Below, piece after piece: positions 36,357-46,676 of a stretch of 64,000 bases of DNA (position 1 is the first letter of the stretch; the number at the start of each line of letters is the position of its first letter). The stretch comes from Thermoplasmata archaeon (GTDB lineage: Archaea; Thermoplasmatota; E2; DHVEG-1): the NCBI GenBank assembly GCA_020054495.1, contig JAHWGK010000001.1, positions 19,048-83,047 of the forward strand, written 5' to 3'. A program made the translations under genes and the position numbers. The notes under the pieces were generated by a model. The model saw nothing but the letters and a program-made list of their open reading frames with translations. It ran no database searches and was not told the origin of the DNA.

Positions 36357-38003
36357 TTACTTTTCTTCTTTGTTTTTTAACTCAGATTTTACATAGCCCA
36401 TCATTTTTTTAGGATGAAAAAGGTCTATGAAAAAATGAAAATCATCTTTTTTAAACTCCCTTAACGCAAATAATACTGCCATATAAATTGCCAGTCCAAC
36501 TAGTGAAAAACTGATTAAATGATACCAGCGGAATAATACAATAAATGACTTAAGATAATATAGAGTTCCTCCCATAACTATGCCCGCTATGATATGTCTT
36601 ATAGTATGGCTTTGTAGGATTTTGATTCCTGTAAATCTTTTTGCTGCAAGTCTTGTACCGAAGAAATATATCAAAGCTGAAATAGCTGTTGCGGTTGCAG
36701 CTCCTGTTGGTCCATTAATGGATATCACATATGAGCTGATTCTAATATTTGAAAGTAAACCATTTTCTGGAATAATCAAATAATTTAAAATTATGTTTGT
36801 ACCACATAACATTACTCCAATTAATGCTTGTATCTTTGGTTTGTTTATACCAAGAACAAGATTTGCATAAGGAAGAGATATTCCATAAATAAAAACCCAT
36901 ATTAACAAGGTCATCAAAACGGGTGCTGCTGGTAAAAAAGCAGTATCTAGAACTATTTCGATAATTCGCGAGGCAAATAAAAGGACTACAACTATCGGAG
37001 GAATCAAAACCATCGAAATGTATCTTTCTGCTAAACGAACCGCTTTTTTAATTTCCCCGAAATTATTAGAAGCATGATACTTTGAAATTGTTGGAAAGAG
37101 AACAGTGCCAACAGCCATCGCCAAAATTGTTATAAGACCGGTTATACGTTGAACTGTGAAATAATAACCAACCTCTACAGATGTCCAAAAAAATCCTATC
37201 ATAACTTTATCAATATTTGTAGAAATAATAGCAATAACTGATGAAAATGCGACAGGAACGGCAAAGGAAAAATAGCTCTTAAATAAAATCCAATTAGGTT
37301 TTTTCAAAGGGTACTTTCTAAAAAGCCAAAATCCTACAAAAAATGTTGCCATCATGCCAAAGACATAGGTCATTGCCAAAGAACCAACTGCATGATCTGC
37401 AATGAATTTTTGGAGCGGTTGAATAAATTCCGGCCAATCAAACGCAGGGGTAACACTATAAAATTTACCTGCGACAAAAAATCCAGTAACCCCTGCCAAG
37501 GCTACAATGATTAAAAGAGGGGTTTTAACGATGGTTTCTAACATTTCCGCGATTTGTTTCTTTGCAATTTCTCGCCTACCAACAAAAGTATTAATCGGTA
37601 TAGATTTTAATAACGAAAAAATGGTGTAAATAAGCATGATGAAGAAAACAGATTCTGTTGTTGCATCTGTAAAACCTTCGTTAAAGATATATTTCGAAAT
37701 AAAATAAGTACCAATAAGAAGTATTAACATCAAACTCGTAAGAAATATTTTAATTACTACAAATGTACCGATACAAGTACCTAAATCTTGTCCTTCTGAT
37801 ACCCTTTTGATATGTGCTTGAGAAAAACCTAGATCAGTTACAGCATTAAACAAAGCAATAAATGATAATGCAAATCCAATAATACCAAGAGCGGCTGGTG
37901 CAGCTTGTCCCCATAGCTTTGCCAGTACAAAAAATCCAATAATGGCTAGAGTTTTGATAATAAAATTTGTTGACACAATCAGAAAAGATTTCCTGGCAAT
38001 CAT
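36357..38003 (-). CDS. MOP-superfamily polysaccharide/oligosaccharide flippase (Wzx-like)
   Basis: 548 aa, about 14 predicted TM helices, typical polysaccharide-biosynthesis-protein layout. Confidence 0.8.
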   Translation of the reverse strand: MIARKSFLIVSTNFIIKTLAIIGFFVLAKLWGQAAPAALGIIGFALSFIALFNAVTDLGFSQAHIKRVSEGQDLGTCIGTFVVIKIFLTSLMLILLIGTYFISKYIFNEGFTDATTESVFFIMLIYTIFSLLKSIPINTFVGRREIAKKQIAEMLETIVKTPLLIIVALAGVTGFFVAGKFYSVTPAFDWPEFIQPLQKFIADHAVGSLAMTYVFGMMATFFVGFWLFRKYPLKKPNWILFKSYFSFAVPVAFSSVIAIISTNIDKVMIGFFWTSVEVGYYFTVQRITGLITILAMAVGTVLFPTISKYHASNNFGEIKKAVRLAERYISMVLIPPIVVVLLFASRIIEIVLDTAFLPAAPVLMTLLIWVFIYGISLPYANLVLGINKPKIQALIGVMLCGTNIILNYLIIPENGLLSNIRISSYVISINGPTGAATATAISALIYFFGTRLAAKRFTGIKILQSHTIRHIIAGIVMGGTLYYLKSFIVLFRWYHLISFSLVGLAIYMAVLFALREFKKDDFHFFIDLFHPKKMMGYVKSELKNKEEK

Positions 38004-38054
38004 GATAGGATGGTTAACAAAAAAGACGTATATAAATGATTAACAAATTAAAAA

Positions 38055-39260
38055 TTATAATATCTTACTTTTAGGCATTATTTCACCGTTGACGACTGCT
38101 CCTGGTCCAATAAAACAATTATCTCCAAGGATGGCTCCTACATTTATCATTGAATTTATGCCGGTTTGAACATTGTCTCCAGTAATAATGCCAAGTTTTC
38201 TTCTCCTTGTATTAATCTTATTTCCATTTTGAATAACCCAAATATTTTTCTTATCGAGACGTAAGTTTGCTACTTTTGAACCAGCTCCAAGGTTGCAATT
38301 TTGACCTATGATTGAATCTCCAACATAGTTCTGATGTGGAATATTACTGTTATCCAAAATAATTGAATTTTTCACTTCACAAGCATTTCCAATATGACAG
38401 TTGTTTCCAATTGATGTGTAAGGTCTTATGTAACAGTTTGGACCTATTTTGCAGTTATCTCCAATTACAACTGGTCCTTCTAAGTAACTCCCGCTCTTTA
38501 TTGTGGTATTTTTTCCAACAATAACTTTTCCTTTAATTGTAATATTTTTTTCAACAGTTTGTTCTGTCTTGTTGTCTATTTTCTTTAAAATTTCTTCATT
38601 TGCATCAAGTAAATGCCAGGGGTAAACAACGTCTCTCCATTCTTTGAGAAAAATTCCTTCAAACGCTCCATCTTCAGCCATCATATTTATTGAATCAGTT
38701 ATTTCATATTCCCCTCTAAGAGATTTTTTAGTTTTTTTGATATAATTAAAGATTTTTTTATTGAAATGATATATACCTGCATTAATATCATTTGAGAAAG
38801 GGTCTTGCATTTTTTCAAAGATTTTAACAATTTTGTTTCCTTTTATTTTAACGATTCCGTATTCTTCCGCATTTTGAATTTTATAGAGCCCCATGCTATT
38901 TTCTTTTTCTACAATTTTTTTTATATCTTGTTTACCAAAAATTGTATCTCCAGATAGCACTAGAAAATTATCAACAAATTTTTCAGCTGTCCCAATTGCA
39001 TGTGCAGTTCCTAAAGGTTCTCCTTGGCTAATATATTCGATTTTAACATTCCAATTTTTCCCATTTTTAAAATAATTTCTCACCATTTCGCTTTTGTAGC
39101 TAACAATAAAAATGAACTCTTTTATTCCCGCATCAATTGCATTTATTAAATTCCATTCTAAAATTGGCTTGTTTGCAATTGGAATCATAACTTTTGGGCG
39201 AGTGAAAGTTAGCGGATGCATCCGTTTTCCTTCACCAGCTGCAAGGATTACACATTTCAT
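38055..39260 (-). CDS. archaeal-type bifunctional sugar-1-phosphate nucleotidyltransferase / left-handed beta-helix acyltransferase (GlmU-like), copy 1
   Basis: VILAAGEGKRMHPLT..PKVM, GTAHAI, then hexapeptide repeats (IGDNCKIGPNCYI...). Confidence 0.8.
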   Translation of the reverse strand: MKCVILAAGEGKRMHPLTFTRPKVMIPIANKPILEWNLINAIDAGIKEFIFIVSYKSEMVRNYFKNGKNWNVKIEYISQGEPLGTAHAIGTAEKFVDNFLVLSGDTIFGKQDIKKIVEKENSMGLYKIQNAEEYGIVKIKGNKIVKIFEKMQDPFSNDINAGIYHFNKKIFNYIKKTKKSLRGEYEITDSINMMAEDGAFEGIFLKEWRDVVYPWHLLDANEEILKKIDNKTEQTVEKNITIKGKVIVGKNTTIKSGSYLEGPVVIGDNCKIGPNCYIRPYTSIGNNCHIGNACEVKNSIILDNSNIPHQNYVGDSIIGQNCNLGAGSKVANLRLDKKNIWVIQNGNKINTRRRKLGIITGDNVQTGINSMINVGAILGDNCFIGPGAVVNGEIMPKSKIL

Positions 39261-39274
39261 TTTTTCATTTTCTC

Positions 39275-41089
39275 CTATTCAACGGTGACTGATTTTGCAA
39301 GATTACGAGGTTTGTCAATTGAACATTCCCTTAAGTTTGCGACATGATAAGCAAGAAGTTGTAAAATAACAGTTATTGGAACACATGAAAGGAGACCTGA
39401 ATTTGATGGAAATGGTAAAACAAAATCAGCATGTTTATCTATTTCAGTATCACTATCCTCAGCAATAGCAATTACCTGAGGGCCTCTTGCTTTTACTTCG
39501 CCAATATTTGCTATCATTTTAGCATAAGTAGAATCTTTTGTAACTATCACTACAACAGGAGTAGTTTTTGTAAGTAAAGCAAAAGGACCATGTTTCAGTT
39601 CACCAGCCGCAAAACCTTCAGCATGAATATATGATATTTCCTTAAGTTTAAGAGCTCCTTCCAATGATAGAGGGTAGTTTAAACCTCGTCCAATGAAAAA
39701 AACTGAATTTGCATTCTTTAATTTGGATGCTATTCCAGATATTTTTTTACTTTGATTCAATATCTGTCTAACATTTCTTGGTAGCTCTTTAAGTTGGAGA
39801 ATATATTTGTACAATTCATCTGCTCCAATCTTGTTTTTTATTATTGAAATTTTTAATGCTAACAAGAAAAGAACGAGAATTTGAGATGTGAATGTTTTTG
39901 TTGCAGCAACACCAATTTCGGGACCAGATTGAGTTAGAATATATGCATCTGAAATCCTTGTTGCAGTGCTTCCAACAACATTTGTTACAACAAGAGTTTT
40001 ACATCCTGAGTTTTTAGCTTCTTTGAGTGCAGCAAGTGTGTCTAAAGTTTCACCTGATTGAGTAACAGCTATTACAAGGGAGGACTCATTTCTTGTACCA
40101 AAATAGCGATATTCAGAGGAAAGCTCAACGTTAACAGGGATTCCTGTTAATTTTTCTACTAAATATTTACCTATAAGACCAGCGTAGTAAGAAGTTCCAC
40201 ATGCAATAATATTAATTGAATTTATTCCATTTTTTAGAAGATTTTCGACTTTTTCGTTAAATTCTATTGTTCTATAGATTTCTGAAATTCGTCCTCTTAT
40301 TACATGATGAACTGTTTCAGGCTGATCATAAATCTCTTTAAGCATAAAATGTGGAAAACCAGATTTTTCTGCGTCTTTTAAATCCCATTTAATTAAATTT
40401 TCCTTTCTTTCAATTGGTATGTTTTTTTCATCAAATATTCTTATTTCTTTATTTGAAATAATACAAAGCTCTCCATCATTAAGGTAAACCACTCTATTTG
40501 TATATTTTAAAAAAGCAGTGACGTCAGACGCTAAATAGTTTTCATTATCTCCTACACCTATTACAAGTGGGCTATCTTTTCTTGCGCCAACAATTTTGTC
40601 AGGCTCATCAGTACAAGTTACAACAATTGCATAGTATCCTTCAACTTTTTTTAATGCAGAAAATACCGCTTTTTCTAAATTTCCCGTATAATTATCTTCT
40701 ATTAATTGAGCAATAACTTCTGTGTCGGTTTGTGATAAAAATTTATATCCCTTCTTTTTTAAATTGTCTCTTAATTTTGTGAAGTTTTCGATGATTCCGT
40801 TGTGGACAACTGCAATTTTTTTATTTGATGAAAGATGAGGATGAGCGTTTTCTTTTGTAACTCCTCCGTGAGTTGCCCAACGGGTATGTCCTATCCCAAT
40901 TGTTCCTTTAAAATCTGGGAGATTTTTTTTAATTTCATCTATTTCTCCAATATCTTTAAAGAGCTGTTGTTTTTTATCAATAATAGCAATTCCTGCCGAA
41001 TCATAACCTCTATATTCTAACCTTTTTAGACTATCGACTAAGATTTCTTTTGCATCTCTAAATCCTATGTATCCTATTATTCCGCACAA
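39275..41089 (-). CDS. glmS: glutamine--fructose-6-phosphate aminotransferase (isomerizing)
   Basis: MCGIIGY N-terminal nucleophile, HTRWATHG, two SIS domains, C-terminal PRNLAKSVTVE. Confidence 0.95.
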   Translation of the reverse strand: MCGIIGYIGFRDAKEILVDSLKRLEYRGYDSAGIAIIDKKQQLFKDIGEIDEIKKNLPDFKGTIGIGHTRWATHGGVTKENAHPHLSSNKKIAVVHNGIIENFTKLRDNLKKKGYKFLSQTDTEVIAQLIEDNYTGNLEKAVFSALKKVEGYYAIVVTCTDEPDKIVGARKDSPLVIGVGDNENYLASDVTAFLKYTNRVVYLNDGELCIISNKEIRIFDEKNIPIERKENLIKWDLKDAEKSGFPHFMLKEIYDQPETVHHVIRGRISEIYRTIEFNEKVENLLKNGINSINIIACGTSYYAGLIGKYLVEKLTGIPVNVELSSEYRYFGTRNESSLVIAVTQSGETLDTLAALKEAKNSGCKTLVVTNVVGSTATRISDAYILTQSGPEIGVAATKTFTSQILVLFLLALKISIIKNKIGADELYKYILQLKELPRNVRQILNQSKKISGIASKLKNANSVFFIGRGLNYPLSLEGALKLKEISYIHAEGFAAGELKHGPFALLTKTTPVVVIVTKDSTYAKMIANIGEVKARGPQVIAIAEDSDTEIDKHADFVLPFPSNSGLLSCVPITVILQLLAYHVANLRECSIDKPRNLAKSVTVE

Positions 41090-41090
41090 A

Positions 41091-42275
41091 TTACATCACT
41101 TTACTTGAACTTCCTACTTTTTTACTTAATCTATTCATAGGTTCTATTTTGCATTTTCTACCAATAATTACTCCAGGGTCAACAACAACGTTAGATCCAA
41201 TTGTGCAATCTTCGCCAATCATTGCACCAATATTTTTTAACTTCTTATACTCGCCTTCAATTTCAAGTGTGTTACTACCAGATATGCTTGAAAAATTGTT
41301 ATCAATAATAGTACCTTTTGCAATAATTGAATTTTTTATAGAAGAGTTTGAACCAATATGTGTATCATTCATGATCACACTATTCCTAATCTCAGAAAAA
41401 GGATTAATGACAGAATTATCCCCAATTGTTGTTGATGGAAAAATACAAGCATTTGGTCCAATTTCACAACCTTCCCCAATTACAACAGGCCCAACAATAT
41501 AACACCCAGAATAAATAGTTGTGTCTTTACCAATTGAAACGTCGCCTTTTATTGTAACGCCTTTTTCGATAACGCCTCCTTTTGAAGAAGGAGCACTATT
41601 AATTAACGACTCATTAACTTTAATTAAATCCCAAGGATATACAATATCCATCCATTCATTTGCAATAATTGTATCAATTATTTCTCCCTGATCTACGATT
41701 GATTGAATAACTGAAGAAAGATCATAAACACCATCAGAGGCTAATCCTTCAATTTGTTCAAAAATTGTTTTTGGAAGTTTATAGATCCCGGTTGATATAA
41801 ACTTACCAATTTCTTCTTTTGGTTTTTCAACTATTTCTTTAAGTTTATTTTTTTCAATAATAACAACACCATATTTAGATGGCTGAGGATTTTCTTTGAT
41901 TAATATTGAATATTTTGAGTTATCCTTAATTAAATTTGAAATACTTTTTTGATCAATTATATTGTCCCCTGATAAAACAATGAATGATTCTTTTATCTGT
42001 TTTTTAGATTGTAGTAAAGCATGAGCAGTGCCTAATTGTTTATCTTGTTCAACGTATGTTATTTTGACTCCTTTATAGTTTTTGAAGTATTCCATTATAA
42101 CTTCTTTTTTGTAACCAACAACAATTATAATTTCAGAAATCCCACTTTTTTTTACAGAATCAACTACATATTCAAGTATTGGCTTGTTTGCAACAAGTAA
42201 CATTACCTTTGGTAAAGTCTCTGTAAAAGGTCTTAATCTTTTTCCTTCGCCTGCGGCTAATATTACAGCTTTCAT
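41091..42275 (-). CDS. archaeal-type bifunctional GlmU-like enzyme, copy 2
   Basis: VILAAGEGKRLRPFT..PKVM, GTAHAL, C-terminal hexapeptide repeats. Confidence 0.8.
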   Translation of the reverse strand: MKAVILAAGEGKRLRPFTETLPKVMLLVANKPILEYVVDSVKKSGISEIIIVVGYKKEVIMEYFKNYKGVKITYVEQDKQLGTAHALLQSKKQIKESFIVLSGDNIIDQKSISNLIKDNSKYSILIKENPQPSKYGVVIIEKNKLKEIVEKPKEEIGKFISTGIYKLPKTIFEQIEGLASDGVYDLSSVIQSIVDQGEIIDTIIANEWMDIVYPWDLIKVNESLINSAPSSKGGVIEKGVTIKGDVSIGKDTTIYSGCYIVGPVVIGEGCEIGPNACIFPSTTIGDNSVINPFSEIRNSVIMNDTHIGSNSSIKNSIIAKGTIIDNNFSSISGSNTLEIEGEYKKLKNIGAMIGEDCTIGSNVVVDPGVIIGRKCKIEPMNRLSKKVGSSSKVM

Positions 42276-42357
42276 TCAAATCGCCTTTAGGTGTAAGCTT
42301 AATTCGCATATTTTACATTTACTAACATAATTTTGAATTAATGCCATAAAATATAAA

Positions 42358-43122
42358 ATGATTCTTTTTCTTATACATAAAAATCTTGAGGTAATAATAT
42401 TGGCTAAGAAATACGTTATATTCAAAGATGATGACATAGGAAAAGATTTTGAAGGATTTAAAAAATGGATAGATGTTGTGTTGGAAAACAAAGCAAAAGC
42501 AGCCATTGGTGTCATTGGAAGGTATTTGAAAAATCAAGAATTAAGGAAATATCTAAATTCACTTGATGAAAAGCAAATAGAAATATTTTGCCATGGATAT
42601 TACCATAGTCATCTTCCATATATCTATAATAAACTTCTTAGAAGAAAGACTCTTTCAAAAACAGAATTTAATAAAGATTTTGGAAAACAAAACCTATCTC
42701 TTAAAAAATATAGACTTCTAGAAAGTAAATATTTGAAAATAAAATCAATTGCTTTAGGCCCACAAGGAAATATTTGGAATGAATTTATAATAGACGCAGC
42801 TTTAAAAAACGATTTTAAATTAATGTTTTCTTGGGATAAAGCAAAACATAAATTGTTGACCATTCCATTAACTGACAATTTTAAACAAAATTCATTAGAT
42901 GAATTTATCAGTGCCTATAAGAAAAACAAAGAAAATTCTATTTACACTTTGCAGTTTCATCATGCAAATCTATCTGAAACGCAATTCGATCTTATGGCAG
43001 AGGTTATTGATTTTTTAAAAAATGATGAAGATAGAGTTTTTGTAACACCATTTGAACTTTTGAAAATAAGTAAAAGTGATAAAACTATTTTTGATTTAAT
43101 GGCTCCTGAAAATGTGAGATAA
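42358..43122 (+). CDS. putative NodB/DUF2334-like polysaccharide deacetylase
   Basis: FKDDDIG (TFDDG-like) and CHGYYHSH (H..xH-like). Weak. Confidence 0.35.
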   Translation: MILFLIHKNLEVIILAKKYVIFKDDDIGKDFEGFKKWIDVVLENKAKAAIGVIGRYLKNQELRKYLNSLDEKQIEIFCHGYYHSHLPYIYNKLLRRKTLSKTEFNKDFGKQNLSLKKYRLLESKYLKIKSIALGPQGNIWNEFIIDAALKNDFKLMFSWDKAKHKLLTIPLTDNFKQNSLDEFISAYKKNKENSIYTLQFHHANLSETQFDLMAEVIDFLKNDEDRVFVTPFELLKISKSDKTIFDLMAPENVR

Positions 43123-43154
43123 ATAAAATTCCTTTCTTTACATTATTTTTAACA

Positions 43155-44012
43155 TTAATTGATAAATAAAATTGAATACTTGCAGCTTTCCGCCATTTTT
43201 CTTTTAATGTTTTTTACAGGAAGACCCAATATACCTTTTTTCTTTTGTCCTCTGCCTACTATTACAAGATTTGGATTAATGCTTTCTGCAGCTTTAGTTG
43301 TTTCTTTTTGCAAGCTACCTTTTATTAATTTTATGTTTACTCCTTTGTTTTTCATTTCCTCAACAAAGTTTTGTCCTTTAAAAATCAAGTCTCTTTCTGA
43401 TTTTTTATCAGATCTTATACAATTTTCATCTACTTGCACGCAATCTTCAACATCTACAACATATAGCATGTGCAAATCCCAGCCGAGAGTTTCTGAAAGT
43501 TTTAAACTTATTTCTGGAACTTTTTTGTTGGGAGCCAGATTAGAACAAACTGCAAGAATTGATTTACCTTTGCTTTCAGCTTCTACCCAAACAGGTATAT
43601 TTATATCATCTAAAAGACGATAATTAAGGATACATCCTTTTTCAAAACCCATCAATATTAAATCGTAATTGTATTTATCGATTTCACTTTTTACAATGAT
43701 ACTAAATTCCCCTTCAACTATTTTTTCTTCAAAAGAAATATTTTTGTTTTTAAAGAAGTACTTTGCATCATCAAAAATAATGTTGTATGCTGCAAGTTTT
43801 TGTTTTCTAACTATCTCATTTTTTGTTTCTGCTATTTCATAAAGAGTTCGGTAGGAATTAGAACGTCTGTCTGTTTGATTTAATGTTTTTTCTTCTATTA
43901 TGTAAATGAGGTTTATGGTACTTTTATATTTTTCAGCAAGGAAAACTCCTCTTTGCAGAACTTGCTTGTTGTAAAACTCTGAAGAAATTGGTATTATTAC
44001 ATTTTTAAACAT
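43155..44012 (-). CDS. tandem universal stress protein (UspA) domains
   Basis: Two Usp-like halves; the second ends LVIVGRGQKKKGILG...ESCKYSILFI. Confidence 0.7.
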   Translation of the reverse strand: MFKNVIIPISSEFYNKQVLQRGVFLAEKYKSTINLIYIIEEKTLNQTDRRSNSYRTLYEIAETKNEIVRKQKLAAYNIIFDDAKYFFKNKNISFEEKIVEGEFSIIVKSEIDKYNYDLILMGFEKGCILNYRLLDDINIPVWVEAESKGKSILAVCSNLAPNKKVPEISLKLSETLGWDLHMLYVVDVEDCVQVDENCIRSDKKSERDLIFKGQNFVEEMKNKGVNIKLIKGSLQKETTKAAESINPNLVIVGRGQKKKGILGLPVKNIKRKMAESCKYSILFIN

Positions 44013-44029
44013 ATTCCCCGCCTTATTCC

Positions 44030-45463
44030 TTAGATATTATGTAATCCCAATACTCCAATCCAATATCCTACTGCAACCAGAAATACAATTACTATACAAA
44101 TAATATTTGCTAAAACACCAGCCTTAAATAAATCCTTTGTTGAAAAATAACCTGATGAATACGTTATTGCATTACCTGGAGTTGCTATAACAAGCATAAA
44201 CGCAAGTCCACCGCTTAAAGCGATAATCATTGATGAAAGTAAAGGACTTATTCCTATTGCTGGTGCCAATGCTATACCAATTGGCAATAAAATTGCAACA
44301 GCTCCAATATTTGACATAACCTCTGTCAGCAATATAGTTATAATTATCATTACAAGAATCACTAAATAAAGATTAGAGCCTGCTAAACTGAATATTTGAT
44401 CAGCTATCCATTGTCCAGCTCCGGTTTTTTGAATGCCAATTCCTAAAGTAATTGCTCCTCCATAAAGTAAAATAATACCCCAAGGGACTCGCTTTTCTAC
44501 ATCTTTCCAAGTAATAACGCCTGTTAAAAACAATAGGATACTTCCAAGTATTGAAATGACTGCAAGTCCAAAATATTGATATGATGAGAAGAAAATCCAA
44601 AGTAAGATTGTTATTATCAGTATAATTAAAACTAGGAATTCGTTTTTCTTCATTTTTCCTGTGATACTGACTTGATTTTTAATTTCTTTTCTTGCTGCAG
44701 AAATGTCCTTTATTTCAATTGGAAAAGAAAACTGTAGGACAAGCCAGACTAAAGGTAATGCAATGATTACAACAGGCATAGAATACTTCATCCAATCAAA
44801 AAAAGTTACATCTATTCCAATATCTGAGAGAATGCCAATGGTTAGAGGATTACGAGCCCCACCTATTAGAGTTCCTAAACTACCAATTGAACACCCAAAT
44901 GCAACGCTTAACATACTAATCTTTCCAAAATTACTCTGTTTTGGGACTATTTTCATGGCAATTAGAATTGATACGACAATTGGTAAAAAAAGTGCAGCGA
45001 CACCGTGCTCGGGCATAACAAATGATAAAAATGCACAAGATGTCATGATTCCAAATGTAAAGAAACGTGGGCTTTTCTCGAATTTGCTTAAAAACTTTAA
45101 AGCAATACGTCGGTGGAGGCCATGTTTTTCGATTGCACCAGCAAGAATAAATGCACCTATTAAGAAAAATACTGCCTGATTTCCAAATGAAGAAAAGACA
45201 TCATTTGGAGGTATAACATGTAACAAGGGCTGAATTATCATTATTAAAAGACCAGTTACAGCTAGTGGTATTGCTTCAGTTATCCACAAAATTGCAGCCA
45301 TAATTAAAATTCCTATCATAACTTGGCCATCATGAGTTAAACCGCTTGGATTTGGGGAAAAATAAAATATTGCTACAATTAAAAAGGCTAGTAAAATAAA
45401 AAAAATGTCTTTATGACTCTGGATTTTAAGTTTACTTTTAAAATAATTATTATCGTCTTTCAT
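44030..45463 (-). CDS. DASS/SLC13-family Na+-coupled anion symporter (candidate sulfate importer)
   Basis: 477 aa polytopic protein. Repeated hairpin-type motifs (SFVMPEHG.., VMSNIGAVA) typical of DASS. Sits in the sat/cysC operon. Confidence 0.75.
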   Translation of the reverse strand: MKDDNNYFKSKLKIQSHKDIFFILLAFLIVAIFYFSPNPSGLTHDGQVMIGILIMAAILWITEAIPLAVTGLLIMIIQPLLHVIPPNDVFSSFGNQAVFFLIGAFILAGAIEKHGLHRRIALKFLSKFEKSPRFFTFGIMTSCAFLSFVMPEHGVAALFLPIVVSILIAMKIVPKQSNFGKISMLSVAFGCSIGSLGTLIGGARNPLTIGILSDIGIDVTFFDWMKYSMPVVIIALPLVWLVLQFSFPIEIKDISAARKEIKNQVSITGKMKKNEFLVLIILIITILLWIFFSSYQYFGLAVISILGSILLFLTGVITWKDVEKRVPWGIILLYGGAITLGIGIQKTGAGQWIADQIFSLAGSNLYLVILVMIIITILLTEVMSNIGAVAILLPIGIALAPAIGISPLLSSMIIALSGGLAFMLVIATPGNAITYSSGYFSTKDLFKAGVLANIICIVIVFLVAVGYWIGVLGLHNI

Positions 45464-46044
45464 GTTCTTCTATTTCGGTATAATCGATTATCTATTGCTT
45501 CCATCATTTTATCAAAGATTTCCCTAGATATACCCAAGAAATCCACTATTTTACTAATATTTCCCTTTGGATTTAATAGTATATCATTATAGCTGACCAA
45601 TAAAACATCAATATCTTCTCTTTCAATGATGTGGTTTTTTACCAGTTCATTTAATTTAACAAAGGTTTCACGGGTTTCTTCGCGATTATCGTCTTTTTTC
45701 CCAATCATTTTTTCCATTGAATCAAGTATTTCTTCAATGTTTCTCTCGGAGTAAATGATTTTATATTTCCCAGGAGGAAGATATCGAAGACCATAAGCTG
45801 TAATCTTAATGAATTTTCCTTTGTATTTCTCCATTGGAAAGGATCCATCAATGAGTTTATTTATTATCTTCCCACCTTCAAGCTCATAATAACCTTTCGG
45901 GTTGTTTTGGTCAGGCAGCCGTGAACCATTAAAAGAAGTTGGGATATCACCAGCACTTAAAATTTGCATCATCATGGATGTTCCAGAACGCTCTAAACCT
46001 GATATAATGTAGTTTATATCTTCATCTAATTTCATCTCACTCAC
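45460..46044 (-). CDS. small sulfotransferase-family protein
   Basis: IISGLERSGTSMMMQIL (5'-PSB P-loop-like), IIYSERNIEEILDS (3'-PB-like). 4-nt overlap with the transporter start. Confidence 0.6.
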   Translation of the reverse strand: MSEMKLDEDINYIISGLERSGTSMMMQILSAGDIPTSFNGSRLPDQNNPKGYYELEGGKIINKLIDGSFPMEKYKGKFIKITAYGLRYLPPGKYKIIYSERNIEEILDSMEKMIGKKDDNREETRETFVKLNELVKNHIIEREDIDVLLVSYNDILLNPKGNISKIVDFLGISREIFDKMMEAIDNRLYRNRRT

Positions 46045-46045
46045 T

Positions 46046-46657
46046 CTACCCTTTTATGAGACCTAGTTCTTTTAATTTTTTCATAACTTTTTCTGCACTT
46101 TCTTCTACAGTTTCTTTATCAGTGTCAACTATTAGTTCTGGATTTTCTGGTTCTTCATAAGGAGCATTAATTCCTGTGAAATCTTTTATTATTCCTTCCC
46201 TTGCTTTTTTATATAAACCTTTAGGATCTCGCTTTTCACATGTTTCAAGAGAGGCTCTACAAAATATTTCGACAAATCTTCCATCTCCAACCAGTTCTCT
46301 GCAGAAATTTCTATATTTTCTGTACGGAGAAATAAAAGCAGTTATAGCAATCACGCCAGCATCTGCAAAAAGATTGGCAACTTCAGATATTCTTCTAATA
46401 TTTTCGTTCCTATCCTCAGGCGAAAAACCAAGATTTTTATTAAGTCCCTGGCGAATATTATCTCCATCGAGCACATACGTAAGTTTTCCTATAGAATGTA
46501 AGTTGTATGCAACTTCATTTGCAACTGTTGATTTTCCGCTACCAGATAGCCCTGTAAACCATAGGACTGCTCCCTTCTGTTTTAAAAGCACTTCTCTTTC
46601 TTCTTTTGTTACTTTATGTTCATGCCATGTTACATTTGTTGCTTTTTTTTCTACCAT
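46046..46657 (-). CDS. cysC: adenylyl-sulfate (APS) kinase
   Basis: VLWFTGLSGSGKSTVA, LDGDNIR, ITAFISPYR, KGLYKKAR. Confidence 0.95.
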   Translation of the reverse strand: MVEKKATNVTWHEHKVTKEEREVLLKQKGAVLWFTGLSGSGKSTVANEVAYNLHSIGKLTYVLDGDNIRQGLNKNLGFSPEDRNENIRRISEVANLFADAGVIAITAFISPYRKYRNFCRELVGDGRFVEIFCRASLETCEKRDPKGLYKKAREGIIKDFTGINAPYEEPENPELIVDTDKETVEESAEKVMKKLKELGLIKG

Positions 46658-46676
46658 TTTTTATCACCTTCTAATT

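Noticed and set aside
42276-42537. Small minus-strand ORFs 42276..42515 and 42322..42537
   Set aside because: They lie in the divergent promoter region and overlap the 5' end of the plus-strand 42358 gene, with no SD or motif.
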